64,000 nt of DNA from Octopus sinensis (taxonomy: Eukaryota): the NCBI RefSeq assembly GCF_006345805.1, contig NC_043003.1, positions 75,392,001 to 75,456,000 of the forward strand, given 5' to 3'. Under the pieces are notes generated by a model. That model was not told the DNA's origin and did not search any database. It saw only the letters and a program-made list of their open reading frames with translations. The position numbers and the translations under genes were made by a program. This document shows positions 53,183 through 64,000 of the stretch, one piece after another (position 1 is the first letter of the stretch; each line of letters opens with the position of its first letter).

Positions 53183-53525
53183 CACTCACATACACTCACA
53201 CATATACATATATGTATATACATATAAAAAATATGAGGGTAAACTTGTGATCTAAACGAATATGTACGCTGGGTAAGTGCTATACTTGGTTGACCGTGAG
53301 GCTCCAGGATTACAGCTAATGCCAGATCTAGGGAGCAATGTTAGTGTTCCGTTATAGCATACATATATATCATATTAGAGGAGAAATCAAACCAAGGCCG
53401 AACGAGTATCTCAAGTGATTTAGATTAATTCAATTAGAATAAGGACTTTCTCAGATAGCCCAAGTGGTAGGTTAGCATATCCTTGCACTGGGTATTCCTT
53501 CATCGGAGTGAAGGTATGAATATGA

Positions 53526-53567
<42 letters not shown>

Positions 53568-53603
53568 TTGTGTGTAGAAGGTTGAAAATGAACACACGAG
53601 TTG

Positions 53604-53990
53604 ATATATATGGAAAAAAATCAAGATAGAAAATGCTAAAACAATTTTATAAGATAAACATTTCAGTACCGGTTCCAGTCATGGAGACTTTTTCAACTGT
53701 ATGGAAAACAATTATATTTAGAAAAATGAAAACAAAAGTGTTTTTTTTTTAATGAATATTTGCATAGAGTTCAAATACAAGTGGAATTTTCCTTGTTTCT
53801 GCCTGTCTCTCTCTTTCCTGTTTACTCTTGTGGAGTATTCTTTTAAAGAAAACTTTTCTTTTAATTTTTCCAAATTTAGTTGTTTTCCATACTTACAGTT
53901 GAAAAAGTCTCGATGACTGAAACCGGTACTGAAATGTTTGGTATAAAATTATTTTAGCATTTTGTATCTTGACATTTTTTCCATATATAT
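53604..53990. mobile_element. Fold-back element with ~140-bp arms, each carrying a hammerhead motif
   Basis: 53604-53740 is the reverse complement of ~53850-53990; lies between TG/TA microsatellites. Confidence 0.85.
53896..53931 (+). ncRNA. Minimal type I hammerhead with U3-A8 compensatory core
   Basis: CAG-TTGAAAA-AGTC(TCGAT)GACT-GAAA-CCGG-TA-CTG. The opposite arm (53664-53699, minus) has the same TTGAAAA core but GGAA in place of GAAA. Confidence 0.75.
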
Positions 53991-54016
53991 ATATACATAC
54001 GCACACACACACACAC

Positions 54017-54058
<42 letters not shown>

Positions 54059-54730
54059 ATGCATGTATACACGCATATATCCTATCATAATAGCTATAAA
54101 ATATTGCATCCAAATGGTTTCTAATCTAAAAATGATACAATATTTTGTACATCATAATTTTATATTTATTAGCACATTAATTCTCGTATTTGGCATTTCC
54201 GTGTTTTCTAATTATAATCTAACTTTATGAGATATATTTAAATATGCCTTGAAACATTAGCATTGATTGTGAATATATTAAGACGGTATTGATGTAGATA
54301 ATATGTAGATTGATATCTTCAGGTTATTTCGAACTAAATGATAATCAGAAACAAGAAAAATTACATTACCAACGATAGAAATTTGTAAAGAAAGAAAAAA
54401 GATAGGAATCAGTAAATGTTCAGTTGAAGTTGCTGTTCAATTTGTTCAAACATATAAACGTTCCCGTGTGTGTATATGCGTTTGTGTCTGTCGCATTCGT
54501 TTATATATATATATATACATATACACCTATGTATGCATATATTTATATACATATATATATATATGTATATATGTTTGTATATAGATTACAGAAAGAGAGA
54601 TAGATATACACATATAAACATAAGTACGTATAGAGAGGAGAGAGACAGAAAAATATATTCATACATATAAAAATATGACTGCATTACTATACGTATATAC
54701 TTAAGCATATATACATGAACAATTATATGT

Positions 54731-54770
<40 letters not shown>

Positions 54771-55433
54771 ATGTATATATGTATGTATATATGTAAGTTT
54801 TTGTCTATGTATATATGCATATAGCGAAAGAAACGGTGGAAGAGAGAACCTTGCTTATTTTCCGTTACTTATTTACTAGTTCGTTTCATTGCTTGCCTAT
54901 TGCAACTCTTTTCAATAGATTTCCTTTTTCATAAACATATATGCAAATTAGCAAATAAATTTACAATAACTCTGAAAGTAGTGGCTTTACTATGTAACAC
55001 GACAGACCATCAAGATATAAGTATAAATATATTCATAAATATACAAACATTTTTTATGCGTAATAGAGGAATAATATGATGGGTTTATTTGGAGAAAATT
55101 GAGGAACTATAAAGAAAGAAAGAAATTGGTGAGGCTTTACAACTAGCCAATTTGCTTGTTCTAAATCAGTGACCGATGGTCGCTTTTTTCACAATATATT
55201 TCAGCTCGAGCGGAATCTGACCATCACTCTTGCCATCAGGTGATCGTAACTTAAGGTGAGCAAGCTGTCTCGAAACTGAGTCAGTCCCGTGATCCTCTCT
55301 TTTGCTGGAGAATTGTACGGTTTTGCTCCCCTACTGGAATATATAAGTACATGGTGCAGTGATGCACCGATAACCAGCCAGCAGAAGATCTGCTTCGGGT
55401 TCACCTAATTGTAACATGAAAAGCACTTACTTT

Positions 55434-55437
<4 letters not shown>

Positions 55438-55528
<91 letters not shown>
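55438..55528. repeat. Pure (TA)n tract
   Basis: Direct reading. Confidence 0.95.
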
Positions 55529-55531
<3 letters not shown>

Positions 55532-55844
55532 TATATAACATGTGTGTGCATGTGTGTAAGCCGTCTAAGAGTCCATAAATCAGAAAAAAATGCATCCGTA
55601 TTCCTGTCAGTGGAGTGGGATTATGTGCACCGCATTCAAAGTCACTGGGAAAAATTTTTGAAAATGGCAGAAATGTTAAGACGATACTTATTCAATATAC
55701 TTATTCTAAACTATGCTTTTTGAAATCTGAATATTAGTAACAACTTGTTTACCGGAACAGTATTCTTCGACTAATACCCTCAAAGACACATGCCCACACA
55801 TGCACACATACAAACAATATTAATCATAGTAATAATAATAAGTA

Positions 55845-55872
55845 TAATTTTAATAGTAATAATAATAACTGC

Positions 55873-55954
<82 letters not shown>

Positions 55955-55995
55955 TTAATAATAATAATAATAATAATAATAACAACAACAACAAT
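55845..55995. repeat. (TAA)n/(CAA)n microsatellite
   Basis: Direct reading. Confidence 0.95.
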
Positions 55996-56212
55996 AGCAC
56001 TGTGGATGTTTAACGAGAAGCAGCGGGACGTCTAATATGTGAGAGCTATAAAACACTGATCCGAAATCTATCCAAAATCATTGAAAATAAAGACAACAAA
56101 TGGAACCTGAAATAAATAACAAAATATTGGACTATATCTAAGTAATACTCATTAAAAGTGTTGGACTATATCTGAGTATGTACATAATAATAATAATAAT
56201 AATAATAATAAA

Positions 56213-56254
<42 letters not shown>

Positions 56255-56255
<1 letters not shown>

Positions 56256-59200
56256 TGTGTACAGTGCTCAGGTGCACTACAACTCATCTAAAGTGTATAT
56301 ATAATCAGGTGAAGTTTCGGCGGATTTCGGAAAACATGAGGGCCTTAAAAGATGCAGTGTCATGGCAGTCAACAACTGACGCAGGCAGTTTATTCCATGC
56401 TTCAGCAACTCTTAGCGTGAAAAAATGTTCCGAAAGTCATGGGAGCTGTATTGTTTTCTGACTTTGTAGGCATGTCCACGTGTGTTAGACACATGGAGAT
56501 CAAAAAGGTGTTCAGTGTTGTTGTTGGTGAGGTGGTTGATAACTTTGTGGGTGTTTACCAAGTCCGTCGCCAAACGCCGGAGCTTCAGTGAATCCATGCC
56601 CAGGGAAACAAGGCGCTCAGAATATGGTAGGTGTCTGATGGAGGGTATGCGTTTGGTTGCACGTCTCTGGACAGATTCCAGGAGGTCAATGTTCTGTGCA
56701 AGATAGGGGTTCCAAACTGATGATGCGAATTCCAAGTGTGGTCGTACCATAGCTGTATACAGTTTTAAATAGATGGCTGCAGAGCGGCTAACAAAAGACC
56801 TGCTGAGTGATGCCAAGACACCCTCGGCCTTCCTGACAATCTTAGAGATATGCTTTGACCAACGCAGATCACTGCTGACAGTGATGCCTAGGTCACGCTC
56901 GCAAGAGGATTTCTTGATATCAGTGTTGTGGAGGGAGTATGTGAACGCAGGGTTTTTTCTCCCAAAATGCATGGTGGTACACTTGTCCACAGCCAGTTTC
57001 AGTTGCCAGTCTGTGATCCATTGCTGCATTGTGTCTAGGTCTGATTGCAGGAAAGAGTTGTAGACATCAGGATCTGTCCTCTTGATTTCAAGGTACAGCT
57101 TGATGTCGTCTGCATATTTCAATACTGTGGCATTCTTTAAATTGGCATCTATGTCGTTAATGTATGCCACAAACAAGAGGGGGCCAAGGACAGATCCCTG
57201 TGGTACACCCGATGACATCTCATATGGTGTAGAGTGCTGTCCTAGAACTGTGACTACCTCCTTTCGGCTGAGGATGAAGGATTTCAACCAGTTAAAAAGG
57301 TCATCCCCCAGACCCATTGCAGTGAGTTTCACCATAAGCCTTTTGTGTGGCACAGAGTTGAAAGCCTTAGAAAAGTCAAGGTAGACAACATCCACCCATG
57401 AGCCACTGTCAGTAATCTGAGTAATGTCCTCAAGGAACTCGACAAGCTGGTCACTGCAGCTGGAGTTAGGGACAAATCCATATTGTGAGGGTCGGATGAG
57501 ACTGTGAGAGCTCCAGAAGTTCCAGAGTGTTTCTCTGACACACGATTCCATCAGTTTTGCAATACAGCTAGTGAGACTGACTGGGCGATAGTTGACAGGT
57601 GATGTGCGGTCGCCCTTTTTGAACAGAGGAATGACACTGGCAGTTTTCCACTGCTCCGGAGTAGCACCATTGTTGAGACAGTACTGGAAGAAAATAGAAA
57701 GCTGGTGTAAAAGGAAGTGCCTGCCACGTTTGAGAAGCAGGTATGTAACTCCATCGAGACCAGGGGAGGCATAGTTGCGCTTATTTTGAAGGTGACGTCG
57801 CAGCACTGCAGGTGTAAATTCCATAGTTGTTATGGAGTTTGCTGTTAGTGATGGTGAAGATGGTACATTTTGACTTTCAACAGTGAATATGTTTGCATAG
57901 CACTCGGCAATGAGTTCTGCGCATTCCTTGGGGTCGTCAGTGATCTGGTTTGTGTGAGGGTTGCGAAGAGGGCCCACTGGAGAGTGAGGTCTCTGCTTTG
58001 AGTGCACATATTTCAGAAAACCTTGCTGTCAGGATTGGCTGCTATGCACTGTTCAAATTCAAGCACTGCTTTTTTTGTCACTTGCTTGAGATGGTTGGAG
58101 GATTTATTCCGCTTCTTCCTGTTGGTGTCTGATTTATGCAACCTGTATTCCCGTTCAGCAGTCCGACGTTCCCTCCTGGCAAGTCGGACCACTGAAGTTT
58201 CCCAAATGGCCCTTTTGGGGCGGTTCTTCTTTTTTTGTTTACGTGGCACTGATGCTGCACATGCTGCCCATATTGAGTCCAGGATACTCTGGAGTATGTA
58301 TTCACATCTCCAGAGTTGTAGAATTCACGCCAGTTTGGGTGCTGTAGTTCAGTGTGGTACAGGTTCCAATCTGCTCTCTTCCAATCGAAGGAAGCAGATT
58401 GGAGATGGTTCAGGTTTTTGTTGCCCGCAAGAGCCAGATTGGCGATGATCATAGCATGATCAGAGTCACCTAGAGGTTCCTCCGTAGTGCAATTGATAAC
58501 CGCTTCAGGAGTTGTGGTGAAGAGCAGGTCCAAGGTGTTGTCGCCTCTTGTTGGAGAGGTGACTACTTGTGACCAGTTTGAGTCCAGCACAAGCTCAACA
58601 AAATCGTTTGCACTCTGTGGCCAATGGAAGGTCTCCCAATCGATCTCAGGATGATTGAAATCGCCTGCAATAAACACATAAGTGGCTGTTTTCCTGGCAG
58701 CAGCTCGGAGGACATTGCAAAGCTGTGTGTCCCGATGGTAACTTGGGGGACGATAAACAACGCCAAGCAGGAGTGTTGACATGGTCATACGCACGTCACA
58801 GAAAAAAACTTCTTCTTGTGATTCGTTCAAATCGGCACAAGGAATTACCAAAAAATTTGAACGAACGTAGACCATCACACCACCACCACGGCGGTTAGTG
58901 CGGTCCTTACGGAAGAGGTTGTACCCCGTAATGTTGAAAACCCCATCACAGAGTAAGGAATGCGCCCATGTTTCCGTGACAGTGATGAAGTCAGGGTCAA
59001 CACTTCTGACGTAGGCGTTGAACAAATGTATTTTGTTGCATAAACTGCGAGCATTTAAGGACAACAATTTGTACCCTGCTCGCAGTTAATGATGGTGTGT
59101 AGAGGATGGCAGGTTGTTCTGGCTTAGTTCCCTGAGTTGCTGTAGTCTTTTTAGTTATTGTGGGTAGAGAGCACTCAGACCAGCTGGTATCTCTCTTCCA

Positions 59201-59470
59201 CGTTTCAGCAGTCTTGACAAATCTCCAGATTTGTCCATCTTCCCGAAGACTGAAGCTTTCCTGTAGAGCTGAGTTCCTATTCAGGGAAGCCACTACACGT
59301 AGCTTCGGACGTACATTGGACGGTAAGCCTGGGCGTGTTCGGAAGGTGGTCCGATTTTCCCGCCCAGCTTTAACTGAGGCCAGATGGTAAGAGGTTGCCT
59401 CAGTGGGGTCCGTAAAAGACAACTTGATGAGCCTAGGTTTTGGGCCAGGTCGTCCAAGGACTATATCCGA
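56255..59470 (-). mobile_element. 5'-truncated CR1/L2-type LINE (end of ORF1, whole ORF2, short 3' UTR, (TTA)n tail)
   Basis: ORF1-like RLGRPGPKPRLIKL at the 5' edge; ORF2 as in the next feature; (TTA)n at 56185-56254. Confidence 0.95.
56305..59067 (-). pseudogene. LINE ORF2: APE endonuclease plus reverse transcriptase, three frameshifts
   Basis: EN motifs LNARSL, VTETW, GDFNHP, SDHAMI; RT motifs YRPVSL, YLDFSKAF, GVPQGSVLGP, YADD. Frameshifts near 58296, 58014 and 56430; restored C-terminus HFFTLRVAEAWNKLP..RRNFT* ends at 56305. Confidence 0.95.
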
Positions 59471-60613
59471 TTAAGTACAGATCACAAAAACGTAAGTACG
59501 TTAACTAATTAATTATGAATACACACCAGTTTTACATGAACGCATTTCCATATTTCAAACTGGCATTAATGTATAAACAAGCACATACATATATAAGCGA
59601 ATCGAATAGAAACAAACGACAACAACTAGACATTATTGATGACTAGAGCACTAAACAGATATACATATATAAAACCCTGACGGCATTAAACAAATATATA
59701 CCCCAACACGGAAGTAATAGGCGTGGATATTAAGATTTTGTTTGTTTTTTTGTCTACATTTCTTTGTTTATAATTATAGACGATGCGCACTGTCAAATTG
59801 TCTACGCTAACAGATAACACCCTGAGCCTAGTACTAATATGAAAGAAAGTGTTAATGATAAGTAGCGAACACTCATGTCGGATGAGAGGAAATATCACCA
59901 ATGACAAAAAGTAAAAGAAATGAAAATTATATTAGTGATGGTAACAATAATAATGAAAGGAAGCGGTTGGACTCTCTCCATGTCCTGAATGATGATATAT
60001 CTTGTGATGGTGTCACAATAAAAACAGTGGTAAATGCGCAACCTGATAATCGCTACCTCATATGAATGACAATGAAAATACAAAATATTGAGAATAACGG
60101 TGGAAATGAAACTGAAGCCCTTGATGGTGACTATGTTGCACCCGTAGGCTTAGGTATAGTTGTCCGAATCCAGCCTGCCGTTATCCAACAATGGACCAGC
60201 ACATACGTCGTAAATGGAAAAAACAAGTCGATCTTATGGTTAGAGAGAGTTACTACCTGAGCAAACCTGTAGACAAAAAATGTGTTCATATTAGGGGATA
60301 CCGACAAGACAATAAAATTATTAGTATTATGTCCTGATACAGTACAAGATACTGACTTGCATGGCTTCTGATCTTAACTGTTTGGAAGTGTTATGTACAT
60401 ACAGTTCTATATTTAAGAGATGAGGAATTATGTACAATATTTACATTATTTACATTCGACGGATATTTGTCCTCATCTTGATTGTTGTTAACACAACATT
60501 TCGGCTGATATACCCTCCAGGCTTCTTCGGGTGTCTTGGGGAAATTCCGAGCCTAGGTTCTCATCCCTGATGTATATTTCGATGTTATCATCATCATCAT
60601 CATCATCATCATC

Positions 60614-60690
<77 letters not shown>

Positions 60691-60694
<4 letters not shown>

Positions 60695-61279
60695 TAGTTT
60701 TATTTTTTATAGCGTGCTTTCACTTCACTACCGAGCGCAGCTCTGTGTGCCTTGGGTATGTGCTGTGATTTGTTGTGATGCTCTGATGGTTATTGTATGG
60801 AAAGTGTTCTGCGTAGGATGTGTGCAGTGCCTAGTAGTGCAATTTTCTGTATGTTATATGTGTTTGTAAGTCCTGGTGTTTTTGTTATGTATTTGTCTGA
60901 ATATTTTTTCATCATGCCTAATGCACCTACTATGATAGAATTTGTTTCTGTTTTCAGATTCCACATTCTAGTTACCTCTATTTCCAGGTCTTTGTATTTT
61001 GAGAGTTTCTCCATTTCTTTTAGAGACACGTTGTCATCTGCCGGTATTGATACATCAATTAGAAAGCATTTTTTTTCTTCATGATCTCTAACAACTATAT
61101 CTGGTCTGTTGGCCTAAATTTTTCTATCTGTGTGTATCGGCATATCCCAGAGTATGGTTGCTTTCTCGTTTTCTGTGACCTTTTCTGGCGTGTCCCTATA
61201 CCATCTTTTTTCTGTTGTTATTCCATAATGTTGGCATAGCTTCCAATGTATGTAGGTTCCAACTCTGTCATGTCTGTGA
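60691..61279 (-). mobile_element. R4/Dong-type 3' end (REL endonuclease plus 3' UTR) inserted in (TAA)n
   Basis: HRHDRVGTYIHW..ILWD..NRPDIV..CFLIDVSIP..KEMEKLSKYKDL..IIVGALG..QKIALLGTAHILRR; (TTA)n on both sides. Confidence 0.9.
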
Positions 61280-61314
<35 letters not shown>

Positions 61315-61315
<1 letters not shown>

Positions 61316-61868
61316 GAGTGAGAGAGCAGTTCATGCCATCAAAGTGACACTGGGGTAAAATATACGAAGCCCAATATACCCATCATGACTACCCGTCTGA
61401 TAAAGGTACACCAGGCACATGCATCACAACCATATGTGCGCGACATGGTGATCTCATATCAAGATAAACAGCACATGACCTTGCAGGTGGGTCCCAGTTT
61501 GAATTTTCTTCAGGTTGAGTAGCCCATCCCGCTCAAACGGTCCCCGAATAAGGGTTGTTTAAGGATGTTGAAAGAACCACCCATGTTTCCAGAGGTGAAC
61601 TATTCAAACCCCAAAGCATCCCTCTCAACACATGGCTATGATGCTCCCCCACTACTTCTGCTCGTGATCAGAGATGCACATATCGTCAGCCACTAAGGGA
61701 CATGCTCAACTGGTTAAGGTCAAACAACTGACAAGCAAATCTGTGGTATTGAGCAGAATATTTGCTGTAGCCCATCTTTTATACCAAGACAAAACAATGT
61801 ACATGATAACACTTCCAATCAGTTAAGATCAGAAGCCATGAGAGCCACTGCCTGGTACTGCATCAGGG

Positions 61869-61870
<2 letters not shown>
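61315..61870 (-). mobile_element. Full-length family C non-autonomous element in (TTA)n
   Basis: 556 bp, no ORF, sharp ends TGCCCTGATGCAGTACCAGG.. and ..GCTCTCTCACTCA(ATA)n; at least five further copies or fragments in the window. Strand inferred from the A-rich tail. Confidence 0.85.
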
Positions 61871-61932
<62 letters not shown>

Positions 61933-62005
61933 TTCACTGCTTGGAATGAACACGGAATCTTGGGTTTAGTAGCCCGCGTCGTTAACTACTACGCCATATG
62001 TCCAC

Positions 62006-62082
62006 GGGCATATGGCGTAGTGGTTAAGAGAGCGGGCTACTAACCCGAAGATTCCGAGTTCGATTCTAAGCAGTGACATGAA
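62006..62082 (+). promoter_or_regulatory. tRNA-derived head with Pol III A and B boxes
   Basis: A box TGGCGTAGTGG 62013-62023; CGGG-CTACTAA-CCCG arm; B box AGTTCGATTCT 62057-62067. Confidence 0.8.
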
Positions 62083-62142
62083 TAACAACAACAACAACAA
62101 CAACAACAATAATAATAATAATAATGATAATGATAATAATAA

Positions 62143-62283
<141 letters not shown>

Positions 62284-62751
62284 CAACATCGCAAACAACT
62301 TAGGGATAAGAATCCAGGTTCGAAATTTCTCCAAGACACCTGGAGAGGGCTGGAGGGTATATTAGCCGAAAGGTTGTGTAAACAACAATCAAGATGAGGA
62401 TAAAAATGTCCTCCAGTAGATATTCTGCCACTACCACATACTTACTCGTCTGTTATTTGAACATAACCATTTGAGCATGTCACTGTAGGGATTTCTTCAC
62501 CTCTGAAAATATGGGACTTTTGAGCGGTATGTTTTACTCGACTTGAAGAAAACTCTAACTTGGCCTCACCTGGAATGTCATTCGCCGTTTATCTTGATAT
62601 GAGATCACCATGTCACGGTCATATGGTTGCAATGCATGTGCCTGATGTCCCCTTATTAGATGGGTAGTCATCATGCATATAAGAGGCTTCGTATAAATCT
62701 CCCCATTGTCACTTTGATGGCATGTACTGCTCTCTCAATCAGTAATAATTA

Positions 62752-63050
62752 TACCCGATGCACTACAAGGCGTGGCTTTCATGGTTTCTGAAAATTGGGC
62801 GTTTCGTTCATCCTCCTTAAAGACACCTTAATCAGGGATGGGCTACTTGTCCTGAAGAAAATTCTAAATGGACCTCACCTACAAGTTCATGCACTGTTAA
62901 TTTTCATATGAAATCACCATGTCACGCGCACATGGTTAAGATGCATGTGCCTGGTGTACACTATATCAGACACGTAGTCATGTTAGGTATATTGGGTTTC
63001 GTATATTAGTAAACTACTGTCTCTTTGATGGCCTGCATTGCTCTCTCTCT
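62752..63050 (+). mobile_element. Internally deleted family C element
   Basis: Aligns to both ends of the family C sequence. Confidence 0.65.
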
Positions 63051-63089
63051 CTCTCTCTCTCTCTCTGCCTCTCGATAATAATAATAATC

Positions 63090-63995
63090 AAAGGAATATT
63101 AACAGAGACTGAAATTGGTGTTGAAGAAAAAGTTAAGAGGTAGGAATAATATGCTGAATGCCAATACATGGACCATTACAACCCTAAACTATAGCGCTAG
63201 TGTGATAGGTTGGAAAAGTAATTAAAGAATATGACAGACATTGCAGGAAAATTATGACACTACAAGGGGCTCTACACTTTAATACTGATTAAGACGAGTT
63301 GTATCTATCGCGACAGAGAGGAAGAAGACTTCTCATCGGCTTTGAAATGTGTGTGACATCCGAGGAAAATAATCTGGATTTTTGTGTAAAGAATTGAAAA
63401 GAGAGATTGATGGCAGAATTAAGAAATATAAAAGTCCTAAGCAATGCTGAATCAAAGGAAAGGGGAGAATTTAAATAAGACAGATAGAATGACACCATGA
63501 AAGGCTGGTAAAGGTTTAAAATATGCAGGAAAATGCCTGAAAATTTGACGAAGGTAAGATCTGGGACTAGACTAGAAAAAGCGATTTGTTAGTTGAAAGG
63601 GAAACTCATAACTTCACAGCCTAAGAACAGAAACTAAGAATGAGCTGTATCAAGTACAAAACGTACAAGTCAGTGACCTCCCTACTTTGTAAATTGTGTA
63701 GTGAGAAAGGCGAAACATTAAACCAGATTGGCACTGAATGTAAGACGCATGCAAAAAAAAAGAGAGTACAAGAGAAGGCACGACAATATTGCCAGAGTGT
63801 TTTAATGGAAACTCCGTCATAAGTATGACATAAGCAAAATGAGGAATGGTATGAGAAACAATGGAAAGGTTTGCTGAAAACGAATAATATAAGTTCTTGT
63901 GGGACATGACCATCCAGTGGGACCATTTTATTGTGGCTTGAAAACGTGACATTGGCGTAGGAAAGAAGATGAATAAAGCAATTATTGTGATAATT
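63090..63995 (+). mobile_element. Decayed R4/Dong-type LINE fragment
   Basis: LQGALH..DELYLSRQRGRR; LCKLCSEKGETLNQIGTEC; RRHDNIARV; KFLWDMTIQWDH. Confidence 0.8.
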
Positions 63996-64000
63996 GTTTC

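Noticed and set aside
53440-53512. Minus-strand CCGATGA..long stem..GAAA, a possible further hammerhead family
   Set aside because: Core and junction are too degraded to assign stems I and III; needs a family consensus.
55170-55415. GC-richer island ending TGTAACA, a possible solo LTR
   Set aside because: Second terminus, TSD and PBS/PPT could not be identified.
56255-59390. Plus-strand ORFs overlapping the LINE
   Set aside because: Antisense shadows of the LINE ORF1/ORF2 sequence.
62006-62082. Functional tRNA with anticodon ACT
   Set aside because: Acceptor and T stems do not pair properly and the sequence is the head of a repeated element; treated as a SINE-type head.

Overview
AT-rich, microsatellite-dense animal genomic DNA. 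The SINE families and repeat spectrum point to a coleoid cephalopod, probably Octopus (inference). No intact host gene is visible, and almost all ORFs in the supplied track are microsatellite or antisense artefacts. The window holds: (i) decayed transposons (RTE, CR1/L2-type and R4/Dong-type LINEs, mariner, maT/DD37D-like, hAT, a gypsy LTR remnant, tRNA-derived SINEs); (ii) one near-complete CR1/L2-type ORF2 with three frameshifts (56.3-59.1 kb); (iii) a multi-exon minus-strand pseudogene (~16.9-31.7 kb) with concordant splice phases and an apparent LRR-ZU5-ZU5-UPA-death-domain (PIDD1-like) order; and (iv) the most striking signal, several unrelated short non-coding elements that carry minimal type I hammerhead ribozyme motifs and mostly sit as fold-back (inverted) insertions. 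One of these families fuses a tRNA-derived Pol III head, a (TAA)n spacer and a hammerhead tail, and is inserted twice as a head-to-head palindrome. Across families the ribozyme core appears to covary at the 3-8 pair (C-G, U-A, possibly G-C). All alignments and folds were done by eye, so coordinates of decayed elements are approximate.
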